This document shows, in pieces, positions 11,831 to 24,619 of a stretch of DNA of 64,000 nt. Source of the stretch: Mobula hypostoma (taxonomy: Eukaryota); the NCBI RefSeq assembly GCF_963921235.1, contig NC_086097.1:13826001-13890000 (forward strand). The letters run 5' to 3'. How positions within the stretch are numbered: position 1 is the first letter of the stretch; each line of letters starts with the position of its first letter. Position numbers and translations under genes: made by a program. The notes under the pieces are model-generated. The model ran no database searches. It was given only the letters and a program-made list of their open reading frames with translations, and was not told where the DNA came from.

Positions 11831-14124
11831 AGAATATTGACATTTTCAGCCTATACCCAGAGGATCTGCTGAGAGGATTAGTTGATGGAGGGTGGGATGA
11901 GGTTTGTGAAGAGTGTATGAGCACCATTTAAGAACCATTTGGACTGAAGGGCCTATTTCTGTCCTATCATTTCAATGTAATTTGCTTCCACTTCCTCCCC
12001 TTGATTGTGGTTCCACAGCTGCCAAGATTAAATTTGGCTCCACCTCACATCTCTGCCACCTCTGGCCTGATCTTCACCCTCTGGAAATGCCCCTCAGGGC
12101 CTGCAAGGCTTAGCATGTGCATCGGGAACATGAATTGACATTGATGTGCACATAATCTGTACAGCAGCAGCAGATGGGAGCAAAGTGATACCTCTTAACT
12201 CACACATTTTGCATCCCAACAGTGAAGCTCAGCTCCTCATCTTCCTGAGTCTCCCGCTTAAATGTGTCAAATTTCAGACGGACTCGAACACACACACACC
12301 CATCCAGAATAATGGACTTTTCCTGTTTTTCACTTAGCCAAGATGATATAAGGAATCTGATTTTGAAGTTTATGGTTAACAGAATAGAGAGACTGGTTTG
12401 TAAGGAACTATTTCGGCTGCTGTGGGAATCCCGAAGATATATTCCTAAAATTAGAGGTTCAATTAGGGAATATATCTTCAAATTCTAAGAGTCACTGAAA
12501 TTTTCAGATCAGAAATTGATAGATTTTTGTTTGGCAAAGTCATAACTAAGACACATCAACAGGAGTAAGGTACAGGTTACGTGATATAATTAAATAGCCA
12601 CGTGGTATTGAAGGGTTGAATGACCTACTCATGTCCTATGTTTTTATATACTGACTTTTCAATGGGGACAGCAAGTCCTCTCTGGCCTCTGTCCTAAAGG
12701 ACACATTGCTTCAGAACAAATTCGACCTGCCTTCGGAACGGGATTGTCACTTGTTAGGATGGAAGAATTCAGGAGAATTTTTTTTTTAGGCAATGCAAAA
12801 TCCTCCTGGCTGCAAAGAGCGCCTGAATGTTAAAAGACAAAATACAAAGCAAAAGAGAGAGAGAGAGCAACTGTCTATTTAAATGGCAACGTGTAATCAG
12901 TGCTTTTTGTTAGTGCACAGTGTTTGGCAGTGATGGGAAGTCCAGTCAGAGCCGGGACAGTAATAGCCCTTCCTCATAACCTGAATGCTCCCTCCGATGT
13001 TAACATACTGTGAACTGAGCAGAAGTGACAAAAACAATCCATCACGTATGCATGAACACAAAGAAGAATTGAGAGGTTAACAGAAATTGATGACATCCCT
13101 GCCCGACTTTTACACTGATTCGGACGAGTATGCGATTGAAACAGACAGAGATTTATAGAGGGAGCCGGGACAGTGTTCCTTTTGATTGCCTTGATTTTTT
13201 TCTTAGCTGCTCTGCATATTTATTCCCCAGCCCATCACCACCTTGCAGGATTAGAATGCTGATTTGATTTTACATTCTACGAGCAGGCATTATGCAGGCA
13301 TTTGCATGATGTGAAAAAAAAATCACTCTAACCGATTCTGATGCCGTCGATGAAATGAGCTCAAATGTAAGGTGCATAAGTGGAATCCTGTAATATTTTT
13401 TGAAATTCAGATTTTTTTATATATCTCTTCATCACCACCACTACCACTACCACCCCCCTCCTCAACAATCCGTTGCATCTTTAAAGGAATTATTCCGTCT
13501 TTTAAATGAGAAAATGTGTTTTTGTCTTTGCCTCGAAGGGAAACAGCTGTATTGGGCTTTTATGAATTCATTTGAAGTAGGAACTTCCAGAGGAAGGAGA
13601 AACAAAAAAAAAGCATCAACTAGCTTTTACTAAAGGTGTCACAATTACAAAAGACTCTTTGCAATTAATTTTGACAGCAAAATAATTATTATCCCTTAGC
13701 TATGATGGATATCTTTCATTTGCCAGCTTTTTATTGGCTGAGGAGTCATTTTGCAGGGGATGAGGGTAAGTGGCTAAGGTCAGGAATATCTCAAATTTCC
13801 TAACTTTCTTTTATAATCTCAATGTCTACTGCGGGTTGTGTGGGTCAATTCCAATAAGGATGGGACAGGAGTAGAACAAGAGCATCTTTTTTTTTGGAAC
13901 TTACTGTCCATTTCTGAGCTGATAATCAGGTATGGAGAGGAGAGACAGAAGCATAGAGTTGAATAAACCCAAAGATATTTCTGCTCTCTGAATCTCCTAC
14001 TTCCTACCTCACCTGAACACGTCTTCAAAGGGAAGAAAAGAGTAAACTCCAAGCTTTTACTCAATGGCATTTAAACCCAGACCCTTCAAAAACCTAGTTC
14101 CAAGCAGTAATTGGAATGACCATT

Positions 14125-14745
14125 AGATATAGGAGCAGAATTAGGCCACTTGGCCCGTGGTGTCTCCACCATTTCAACATGGCTGATCCATTTTCCCTCT
14201 CAGCCTCAATCTCCTGCCTTCTCATCATAACCCTTCATGCATGACTAATCAAGAATCTATCAACCACTGCCTTACATATACCCAATGATTTGGCCTCCAC
14301 AGATGCCCATGGCAACTAATTCCACAGATTCACCATTCTCTGGCCAAAGAAATTCCTCCTTCTCTCTGTTCTAAAAGGATGCCCTTCTTTTGTGCAGCTG
14401 TGTCCTCTTAGACTAGCCCACCAGAGGAAAGATCCTCTCCACATCCACTCTATCAAGGCCTTTCAACATTCAATAGGTTTCAATGAAATTTTCCCTCATT
14501 CTTTTGAATTTCGGTGAGTAGAGGTTCAAAGCCATCAAACGTTCCTCATATGATAAGCCTTTCAATCCGGGAATCATTTTTGTGAACTTCCTTTGAAGCT
14601 CTCCAATGTCAGTATATCCTTTCTTAGATAAAGGGCCCAAAACTGCTCACAATATTCCAAGTGAGGCCTTACCAGTGCATTATAAAGCCTCAACATTACA
14701 TCCTTGCTTTTATATTCTCATCCTCTTGAAATGAATGCTAACATC
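14125..14745 (-). mobile_element. CR1 LINE 3' fragment (older family)
   Basis: Reverse complement of the CR1 ORF2 end and tail; similar to 19130-19730(+), 31552-31958(+) and 54566-55110(-). Confidence 0.75.
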
Positions 14746-15089
14746 ATAGTTCAGATTTATTGTTGAGATTTTTTAGATTTATTAGACAATTATGAATTTG
14801 GATGAATTCTGTTTGTCTGAGGGTGAGCTAGTCACGGCAAGTTTTCCCAAAGCCAACCTATTCCATTAGGTATATGGAATATTGAAAAACAAAGCAAGAT
14901 ACTTCATAATGTCAGTGCCGGGTTGAATAGGAGATGTGCTTTCACTGGGCGGGTCTTACAAGAGTCTTGGTTCAGCCATCAGGCTTCTGGACTGGCATCA
15001 CTCACCTCAGTGTTGAACTGGTTCCGTGGCTGTGGCCTGCAGGCATCGGACTTCTGGACTGGCTTCACTCACCTCAGTGTTGAACCGGT

Positions 15090-15372
15090 TATAACCATAT
15101 AACCATATAACAATCTCTGAGTAAAGAAGTTCCCCCTCATGTTACCCCTAAACTTTTGCCCTTTAACTCTCAAGTCATGTCCTGTTGTTTGAATCTCCTA
15201 CTCTCAATGGAAAAAGCCTATGCACGTCAACGCTATCTATCCCCCTCATAATTTTAAATACCTCTATTAAGTCCCCCCTCAACCTTCTAAGCTCCAAAGA
15301 ATAAAGACCCAACTTGTTCAACCTTTCCCTGTAACTTAGGTGCTGAAATCCAGATAACATTCTAGTAAATCT
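15090..15372 (-). mobile_element. Young CR1 3' fragment with internal deletion
   Basis: LSYRERLNKLGLYSLELRRLRGDLIEVFKIMRG and (TATATGGT) tail. About 200 bp present in the 18678 copy is missing near 15115. Confidence 0.8.
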
Positions 15373-17362
15373 TCAGGTATCTTCAGGTGGCCTGCAGGTA
15401 TCGGACTTCTGGACCGGTTTCACTCACCTCAGTGCTGAACTGATTTAATGGCTGTGGACCCACTTTCAGGAACTCTGCGATTCATGTACTGTGTATTATT
15501 TACGTTCCTTGTGTCGATTCTATTATTTTCTTTGTTTTGTGACTGCATACAGGAAGATGAATCTCAAGCTTAGGTATGATTTACATACTTCGATAATAAA
15601 TTTATTTTGAACTTTGAATGTTTGAACAAGTCCTTGGATGTGTGTTGTATAAAAAAACTGTATAAGCACACGTATACACACCTACACACATATACTGATA
15701 GACAAAAATACACAGATGAAATTACCAATGAAAATGGACTGATACACCCTAGGACACACAAAGGAAGAGACATGGGACTAATGAGCAAACCAAACTTTAC
15801 AAGCACACAAACACTCACACGCACCCCAGTCTACCAAAATACAAGAACAGACATAAAAACACGGAAAGAAACAGAAAAAATACAAAGGCTCAAACCAAGA
15901 AATCACCTGTATAAAAAATTATAAATCACACCGATGCACGACAACAGCCACAAGTACACATGCATTTCAGATATGGGACCACTGATTGATTTATCGATCA
16001 GTGAGGAATGAACAAGTAGCCTTAATGTGAAGATGAAATCATAGAAATTAATCATGATCATCTAATGAAAGTGGCAAACAAAAATTGTTGGAACAAAGCT
16101 TCTTGCAATAACTCACCTCATGTCATTGAGAATCAAAGAAAGTCAAATGTTTTATCTGTTAACAAAAGGGTTAGGATCATGTGGGCACTTTAGTCTCATA
16201 CAGAATGGATCAGAGTCAGGAAATAGCAACAGTGGAGTTCCAAGGAGATTTAGGATTTTATCACTAAAATATCTCGAGTGCACAAAATAATAATCAAATA
16301 GGCTAACAGAAACCTGGTATTTTTGCCTGTAAGGCAGGAAAGCAAAGATTAGGAGATAAGCTCCAACTACATAAAGCCCCTGATTGGACCATACGCTGTG
16401 CTGTTTTTGAGCACCTTTCCTTGGGAAATGCACTGTAGACAAGGATAATAATAACCAGACTCCAAATATTAAATTACCAACAGTGGTTACCAAGATTGTA
16501 TTCTCTGGAATTTGGCAGATGAAGAGGAAGCTTGAATCTGAATGAAGTGATAGAATGGATGGAAAACTATTTTTTCTATCCATTGTTGGGGAACTTTAGA
16601 CAAGTGGACGAAGACTGAAGGTAGTGCCGGAATACAATTTGGGTATATATGTACCCACAGGGGTTCAGAGAAATTTGCAGCTCTTTTCTGTAGTAGACTG
16701 GCCATTCAATATTATGGTATCAGACTTTATGGGAGGCCAGGAAAGAAATCACGGAGGCTACTGTAGAGATAATTGCTTCACCATTAGTCGCTGGCAAAGT
16801 TCCAGAGAACTTCAGAGTGGCTAATTTTGCTCCATTGTTCAAACTTTCTTCAGGGTCTAGGCTCGAAACGTCGACTGCTTGTTCATTTCCATGGATGCTG
16901 CCTAACCTGCTGAGTTCCTCTAGCATTTTGTGTATGTTGCTTTGGATTTCCAGCGTATGCAGAATTTCTTGTGCGCAATGTATCATTTGCATCAAATCGA
17001 ATCAGCGAGGATTGTGCCAGGCGGCCTGAGAGTACCGCCAAGTTTCCAGCGCCAATGTCGCATCCCCACAGCTCACTAACCCTAACTGTACATCTTTGGT
17101 CTATGGGAGGTGACTGAGGAAAACTATGCCGCGGCTGGGAGAATGTACAAACTCCTTAAAGATAGCGGCAGGAATTCAGGCCCAGAGTGTTGTAAAGAGT
17201 TGCGCTAACCACTCTATTACCATGCTGCCTCCGATTATTGCATTCCTGACACCACATTAAAGCACTTACTCAACTTGGAAGAGTTATTGTGCAGCATTTA
17301 GTGTCATAACTCTCCCATGGATGCTCCCAAGCTCGGTTGTGAAAAGAAAGGGTTGGGCATGG

Positions 17363-17593
17363 TGATGCACTATCAATTACTCCAAAAGACTGGAAGTAGA
17401 GTAAATACTGAAACGCTTTTATTAACAGTAAATGATCCAACGTCCATGCTGAGTATCTGCCCTGGACTGAGGGTGGAACAGTGGAAAAATCGCCTTTATT
17501 CAGGGGTCTGTGGGAGGAGCCACAGGAGCAGTCAGCAGAGGGGCATGTCCAGGCAGGTAACCCAGTTACAACATATATATATGGTTTGCCACA
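17363..17593 (-). mobile_element. Solo LTR (231 bp)
   Basis: Minus strand reads TG...CA with two AATAAA motifs; perfect 5-bp TSD catgg at 17358-17362 and 17594-17598. Confidence 0.8.
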
Positions 17594-18677
17594 CATGGTC
17601 TCACATAAAAACCCAGAGCTACAGAAAAGTAGGGGTGATGGGCTAAGAAAGAAATTTAGATTCATATTGGCATGTTAACATAGTTATAAATAGCAATCAC
17701 AAACTAACATCACTGGAATCAGACTATGCAGATCACAAAGGTCATAAATCGTCCAGATTATTAAAGGTCCTGAGGGTGTAAGGAGTCAAACGGTGTTGTA
17801 ATAAACTTAATTATTATAAATGTCCTAGCAATTCCTGATGAAGTCCTACTAAAGCCAATGCACTTCCATCTCGGTTATGATGCACACCGTTCCAACAGAC
17901 TTGAAAGAGTGCTTGCTGTTGCTCTGCAGTATTTCACAGTCAACTGTGGCCCCTTTATATTGAGCATTAGCATTTAATTCAGAATTAGAATCGGGTTTAA
18001 TATTACGGACATGTGTCATGAAATTTGTTGTTTTGAGGCAGCTGTAAATTCCGATACATAATAATCAATAAATCTACAAATTAAAAGAAGAAATTTATAA
18101 ATATACATAGAACTTAAATAAGTAGTGCAGATGGAGAGCAAAAAAGAAAAATAATAGTGAGGCAGTGTTCTTGTGTTCATTGTTCACTCAGGAATTTGAT
18201 GACAGAGTGGGAGAAGCTGTTCCTGAGACGTTGAGTGTGTGCCTTCAGGCTCCGGTACCTCCTCCCTGACGGTGGCAATAAGAAGAGGGCATATCCTGGG
18301 TGATGGGAGTCCTGGATGATGGATACAGAAGTTGTGACGCATCAACTTTTGAAGATGCCCTCAATGCTGGGAAGGCTGGGAGCTGGCTGAATTTACAACT
18401 TTCTGTAGCTTTTTCTGACCCTGTTGCAGTGGCCCCTCCATATAGTTATTTCCACTCTCAAACAAAATTATATTTAGTGTCAGCTACCGATTTTCAATTA
18501 AATCTGTTCAACGTAAGCAATCAAAGAAAACCCCTGAAATGTGTATGAAAGACACAATAATGCTTGCTTGGTCTTTGATGTTATATCTCCATATGACTTG
18601 GTATTTCATTACTTTTCAGATTTAGATACATTTTTTTCTTGAATTTCAAGATTCACAAATGCATCTCTTGTCATAAG

Positions 18678-19078
18678 TTGGAGCATAGAAGGTTGAGGGG
18701 AGACTTGATAGAGGTGTTTAAAATTATGAGGGGGATTGATAGAGTTGACGTGGATAGGCTTTTTCCATTGAGAATGGGGGAGATTCAAACAAGAGGACAT
18801 GAGTTGAGAGTTAAAGGGCAAAAGTTTAGGGGTAACATGAGGGGGAACTTCTTTACTTAGAGAGTGGTAGCTGTGTGGAACGAGCTTCCAGCAGAAGTGG
18901 TTGAGGCAGGTTCGATGTTGTCGTTTAAAGTTAAATTGGACAGCTATATGGACAGGAAAGGAATGGAGGGATATGGGCCGAGTGCAGGTCGGTGGGACTA
19001 GGTGAGAGTAAGAGTTCGGCACGGACTAGAAGGGCCGAGATGGCCTGTTTCCGTGCTGTAATTGTTATATGGTTATAT
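18678..19078 (+). mobile_element. Young CR1 LINE 3' fragment
   Basis: RRLRGDLIEVFKIMRGIDRVD...RGHELRV and tail gttatatggttatat; nearly identical to the 3' part of 27831-28412. Confidence 0.85.
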
Positions 19079-19129
19079 ACGTTTCCTAATGCTCACTGAT
19101 GCAACTTGCAGGAAAAGTAGGCAAATACA

Positions 19130-19730
19130 ATGTTAGCATTTATTTTGAGAGGACTAGAGTATACTGTAAAAGCAAGGATGGAATGTTGAGTCTTTATAAG
19201 GCACTGGTGTGGCCTCACTTGGAGAATTCTGAGCAGTTTTGAGCCCCTTATCATCTTAAAAAAGATATGCTGGCATTGGAAAGGATCCAGAGGAAGTTCT
19301 TGAGAATGATCCCAGGATTGAAAGGATTAACATTTGGGCTCTGGGCCTGTATGAGGAAGGGGGATCTTCTTGAAACCTATTGAATGTTGAAAAGCCTTGG
19401 TAGAGTGGATGTGGACAGGATGTTTCATATGGTGGGGAAATCTAAGAGCAGAGGACAAAGCCTCAGAATAGAGTGGCATCCATTTAGGATGGAAATGAGG
19501 AGCAAGAATGTAGTGAATCTGTGGAATGAGTTGCCACAGGCAACTGTGGAGGCCAAGTCATTGGGTATACTTATGGCAGATTTTGATAGATTCTTGATTG
19601 GTCAGGGCATGAAGGGATACGGGGAGAAGGCAGGAGATTGGGGCTGAGAAGGAAATGGATCAGCCATGATGAAATGGCGGAGCAGACTCAATGGGCCAAA
19701 GGGCCTAATTCTGCTCCTATATCTTATGGT
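19130..19730 (+). mobile_element. CR1 LINE 3' fragment (older family)
   Basis: LYKALV.PHLE...VVNLWNELP motifs and the CR1 3'UTR. Confidence 0.75.
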
Positions 19731-20589
19731 TTAACTTCAGAACGCTGTATATAACCAGAGCAACATTAATGTAAAGGATCATTGGGAAAGGCACCAGGTC
19801 CACCCCCTGACCCCATCTCAAGCCTTCATGGGCAGTGTGGTTAGAGTCAGACTGAACTGCTTTATCAGCCATTCAGATGATGTGTGACATTGGGATCACT
19901 AAAAGAGTGGCATCAAGACTCAGAACATAATGTCATCCCCACATCTGTAGATGGAAGAATTTGTCATCAATTGTCTTCATGCCCATTGGTTGTTGCCAAG
20001 CAACTAGCAAATCGCACGGACTATTTGCAATGATAAATTAGTAGCATAGTTCCTATGACAACTGCCTTTGTTACTTAATTAGTTTGGTTCAAAATCTGAA
20101 TTGGCTTAAGGGGAGCAAGCATGTTTTCTAAAAGGGGTGCAGTGGCACGCATTAACTTTCTCTCCTCCCGCCCCCTTCCTTTATGTTTTGGACAGCTTGT
20201 GCATATTCATGGCATGCTATTTTTCACATTTGCATATTGATTGATGGATCAGATCAGCGAATCAGGAGTTTGCAAGGCCCATCAATCACTGTCGGTTGTA
20301 GCTTGTTTGAACTGATTTGCTGTGCAGATCCATCGAGGCATGAGACAAAGATTTCGCACAGGGATGAATCACACAAGGTGCCCAAGGAGCATTGAGGAGC
20401 ACGTAAGACATTGTGTCCTCTAAATGCAAAACTAGGTTCCTTACTAGGAATCGACAAAGTTGAAGACTACCAGGCTGGCCCATTGGAGTGAAGCATTGTT
20501 GTTCCAGTACTGGTCTTTAAATAGATAGGCATATTATGCATACTTGGAAACTTTGCATTTTAAAATATTTTCCTTCATTCATTCATTAC

Positions 20590-20957
20590 ATTCATTACAT
20601 GCTGAGACGTATGACATGGGTGATCATGGTCTTTGGCCATGATTGCTATTGGCAAATTTTTCTACAGAAGTGGTTTGCCATTGCCTTCTTCTGGGCAGTG
20701 TCTTTACAAGATGGATGACCACTACCATTATCAATACTCTTCAGAGATTATCTGCCTGGTGTCAGCGGTTGCACGACCAGGACTTGTGATATGCACCAGC
20801 TGTTCATACGAGCATGCACTACCCACTCCCATGGCTTCATGTGACCCCAATCGGGGGGCTAAGCAGGTGGTACACTTTGCCCAAGGGTGACCTGCGGGCT
20901 AGTGGAGGGAAGGAGTGCCTTACACCTCCTTTGCTGGAGGCATATCTTCACCCCTCC
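20590..20957 (-). mobile_element. Bov-A-like RTE-derived non-autonomous element
   Basis: Reverse complement of the 21223 and 25877 copies. Confidence 0.7.
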
Positions 20958-21222
20958 ACTCAAAACATTTCAAAGTAAAGTTCAAAGTAAAATTTATTAT
21001 CACAGTAAATACATGTCACCACATACAACCCTGGGACTCTTTATCCTGCAGGCATACTTAGCAAATCTAGAACAGTAATTGTAAACAGGATCAATGAACA
21101 ACCTACCTCTGACGTCTCCCCTGTACTTTCCTCCGGTCACCTGAAAACTATGCCACCTCTCGTATTAGCCATAACTGGTAAAAGGGGGCTAGCTAGGCCT
21201 CTTATCATCTTATACACCTCTC

Positions 21223-21606
21223 AGGTGGCAGTTGAAGATACATCTCTGCCAAAGGAGGTGTAAGGCACTCCTTCCTTCCACTAGCCTGCAGGTCACCCTT
21301 GCACAAGGTGTAGCCCCGGCTTAGCTGCTCCCCCTCCCGATAAGGGTCACCTGAAGCCAAGGGAGCAGGTGGTGGATGACCGTATGAGCAACTGAAGCAG
21401 ATCACAAGTCCTGGTTATGCAACCACTGATACCAGGCAGACAATCCCTGAAGAGAATTGATAGTGGCTGCGGTCACCCACCTTGGGAAAAACACTGCCCA
21501 GAAGAAGACAATGGCAAACCACTTCTGTAGAAAAATTTGCTAGGAATAGTCATGGTCACCATGACAGCCAATGCCATACGACCTGACACATAATGACGAT
21601 GATGAT
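21223..21606 (+). mobile_element. Bov-A-like RTE-derived non-autonomous element nested in a CR1 fragment
   Basis: Motif gaagaagacaatggcaaaccacttctg and (GAT)n tail; CR1 sequence on both sides (about 21115-21740, minus). Confidence 0.7.
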
Positions 21607-22384
21607 ATCTCTCATCCTTCTTTGCTCCAAATAGAAAAACCATCAAACTTTCCTCATAAGACATGCTGTCTATTTCAGGCAGCCTCCTGGTAAATCTCTT
21701 TGCACCCTCTCTAAAGCTTCCACATCCTTCCTATAACGGGGTGGAGCGTTAGTATAGCACCTAGCACAATGCTTTATAGTAGCAGAAACCCAGCTTCACT
21801 TCCCACTGCTGCCTGTAAGGAGTTTTTACGTTCACCCCAATATTGCGTGGGTTTCCTCTGGGTGCTCTGGTTTCCTTCCACAGTCCAAAAATGTTCCAGT
21901 TGGTAGGTTAGTTGGTCATTGTAAATTCTCCCAAGATTAGGCTATGATTAAATTGAGGGATGGTTGGCTCAAAGGGTTGGAAAGGCTTATTCTGTGCTGC
22001 TTGTCAATAAATAAATCTTCTCAATCAGATTTTCTCAAGTATCTGAGTGTGATTTCAGGCAACACAGTCCGAGGATTCTTTCGGGGGGCAGCCCACAAGT
22101 GTCACCATACTTTGGGCGCCAACAAAGCATGCCCACAACCCACTAACCCTTACTGTAAATCTTTGGAATACGAGAGGAAAGCGGAACACCCGGAGGAAAG
22201 TCAAATGGTAGAGGAAAGACCATATACACTCCTTATAGACAGAAGTGGGCATTGAACCTCCTTCGGTGATCGCTAGGGTTGTACTCAGCCTTCTACACCA
22301 TTGAGGCCATCTTCAAAAGATGATGCCTCAAGAAGGCAGCATCCATCATTAAGGACCCTCACCACCCGGGATATGATCTCTTCT

Positions 22385-22765
22385 GCAGCACACACAGAAT
22401 ACTGGAGGAACTCAGCAGGTCAGCAGCATCTATAGAGATGAATAGACAGTCGACATTTCAGGCCAGGACCCTTCTACAGGACTGAGAAGGAAGGAGGAAG
22501 ACACCAGAGTAAAAAGGTGGGGGGGGGGGAGGGGGAGGAGGCTCACTGGAAGGTGACAGGTGATGTCAGGTGGGCGGCAAAGGTCAAGGGCTAGAGAAGA
22601 AGGAATCTGATAGGAGAGGAGAGTGGACCATAGAGGAAGGGGAAGGAGGAGGGGACCCAGAGAGAAGTCATAGGCAGGTGACAAAAGGTAAAAGTTAAAA
22701 GATCAGAGTGGGGAATAAAGAAAGATGGGGGGAATTTTTTTTACCAGGAGAAATTGATATTCATC
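22385..22765 (-). mobile_element. Older Penelope-like element 3' end
   Basis: Minus strand encodes MNINFSW* (compare MNIDFSNFR* of the young family), then a pyrimidine-rich UTR and decayed hammerhead cagtc-ctgtaga-agggtcctggcct-gaaa-tgtc-gactg. Confidence 0.7.
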
Positions 22766-23389
22766 TACAAATCCATGAACTATTCCTTGTTTACAATATA
22801 TATTAACTTGTTGTAACTTATTTTATGTTTTGTACTGTACTGCTGCCACAAAACAACAAACTTCATGACATATGTCAAGAATAATAAACCTGATGCTGAT
22901 TCTGATCCAGAAATTCAATTCATTCATGACTGTAACCTGAACCCAAGGTTACTTCAGGGCTCTTCAAACTAATGATATCTCTCACTTTTTACCTTCCATT
23001 TGCCTGCTGATTTTTATTTAAATTTCTTTCTGATTCCAACTTTTCCTTGTCCTTGATGCATGGTAACGTTCAGAGATTAGTAATTGTGAGATCATTAGTG
23101 TAGGAAATAATCTGCAGGCATTTACCTGAACGTTCAAAGTTCTGTATGACTTAGAGCTAAAACAACCATAGGAACTCGACTAACACCCCCTTACATGTCT
23201 GGACAGAATACAAGCAGTAACTTGTTATCTGATAGATCATACACCTTCATCTCCAGCCTCATTTTATAGACTGCACCCTTTCATGCCTCTATTTCATGAC
23301 CAAGCCTCCTCAGAATGTTCCTTTCTTAGTTCTTCCTAAGGTCCGATCTTGCTTTCCTCCACATTTTTCCTCCTCCCTAAAGAATCACT

Positions 23390-24619
23390 TTTGATGACCA
23401 GAGCTAAACGTGAGATACAAGCTGAAATAGGTAAAGAACAATGTGGTTTTGTGAAAGACAAAGGTTCAAAAAATGTGATATTGATGTTAAGGATACTATC
23501 AGAACAAGCTATTCAAGTGCAAAAAGATTTGTTTGTTTGTTTTATCGACTACACAAAAGCATTTGATAAAGTGAAGCACAATAAGTTATTTGAAATATTA
23601 CAGGAAACTCTAGATCTAGATTCAAAAGACCTCTGCCTAATCAGAAATCTGTACTGGGAACAAACCTCCGCTGTAAGAATGGATGGAGAAGTGAGTCAGT
23701 TTATGAAAATCAAGAGAGGCGTTAGACAAGAGTGTGTTTTCTCCCCTGATTTGTTTAATGTGTACAGTGAAACAATATTACAAAAAAGAGACATCTTGGG
23801 AATCAAAGTTGGCGATGAAAACATCAATAATTTCAGATATGCAGATGACACTGTGTTAATTGCAAGTACGGAGGAAGAACTATAAAACTTAATTGATACA
23901 GTCATTGAAGAAAGTACAAAAATGGGTCTATCTATCAATTGCAAAAAGACAAAATGTATGGTGATATCCAAAAAGAAGGAGAATCCTATCTGCGGGCTGA
24001 AAATAAACGGGGAAGACATAAAACAAATACAGAACTTTTGCTACTTAGGAAGCTGGGTGACATCAGATGGCAGGTGCGACATGGACATCAAAAGAAGAAT
24101 AGGGATGGCAAAAGACACCTTTATGAGAATGAAGAGTATACTGACCAACACTAAACGAGGTATGACAACCCGCCTCAGAGTGCTGAAATGTTACGTTTAT
24201 CCAGTTATGTTATATGGATCAGAATGTTGGACAATATCTTGTAACATGAGGAAACAAGTGGAAGCAGCAGAGATGTGGCGCTTGAGGACGATGCAAAGAA
24301 TATCATGGACGAAATGAATATCTAACGAGGATGTCATGAACAGAGCAAACACAAAGAGAGAATTAATGTATGAGATCATGAAAAGGCAACGTAACTTCAT
24401 TGGACATGTGATTAAGAAAGAGGAGTTAGAATGTATGGTAATTATGGGAAAGATTGAAGGGAAGAAAGCAAAAGGAAGACAAAGACAAATGATGATGAAG
24501 ACAGCAGCCAGAGAACTGGAAATAAATACAAATGAATTGATCCACTTGACCCAAAACAGGAATGTGTGGGCCATGGTAGTCAAAGCTCAGTCTGGGCATG
24601 GCACCTGATGATGATGATG
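23390..24619 (+). mobile_element. 5'-truncated RTE LINE (RT pseudogene)
   Basis: Three same-frame ORF pieces (23349-24608) split by two premature stops; EQCGF, FIDYTKAFD, GVRQ and YADD motifs; (TGA)n tail; 11-bp direct repeat aaagaatcact at 23379-23389 and 24620-24630. Confidence 0.9.

Noticed and set aside
14975..15465. Spaced direct repeats superficially like CRISPR
   Set aside because: Eukaryotic context, only three degenerate units, no unique spacers and no cas genes.
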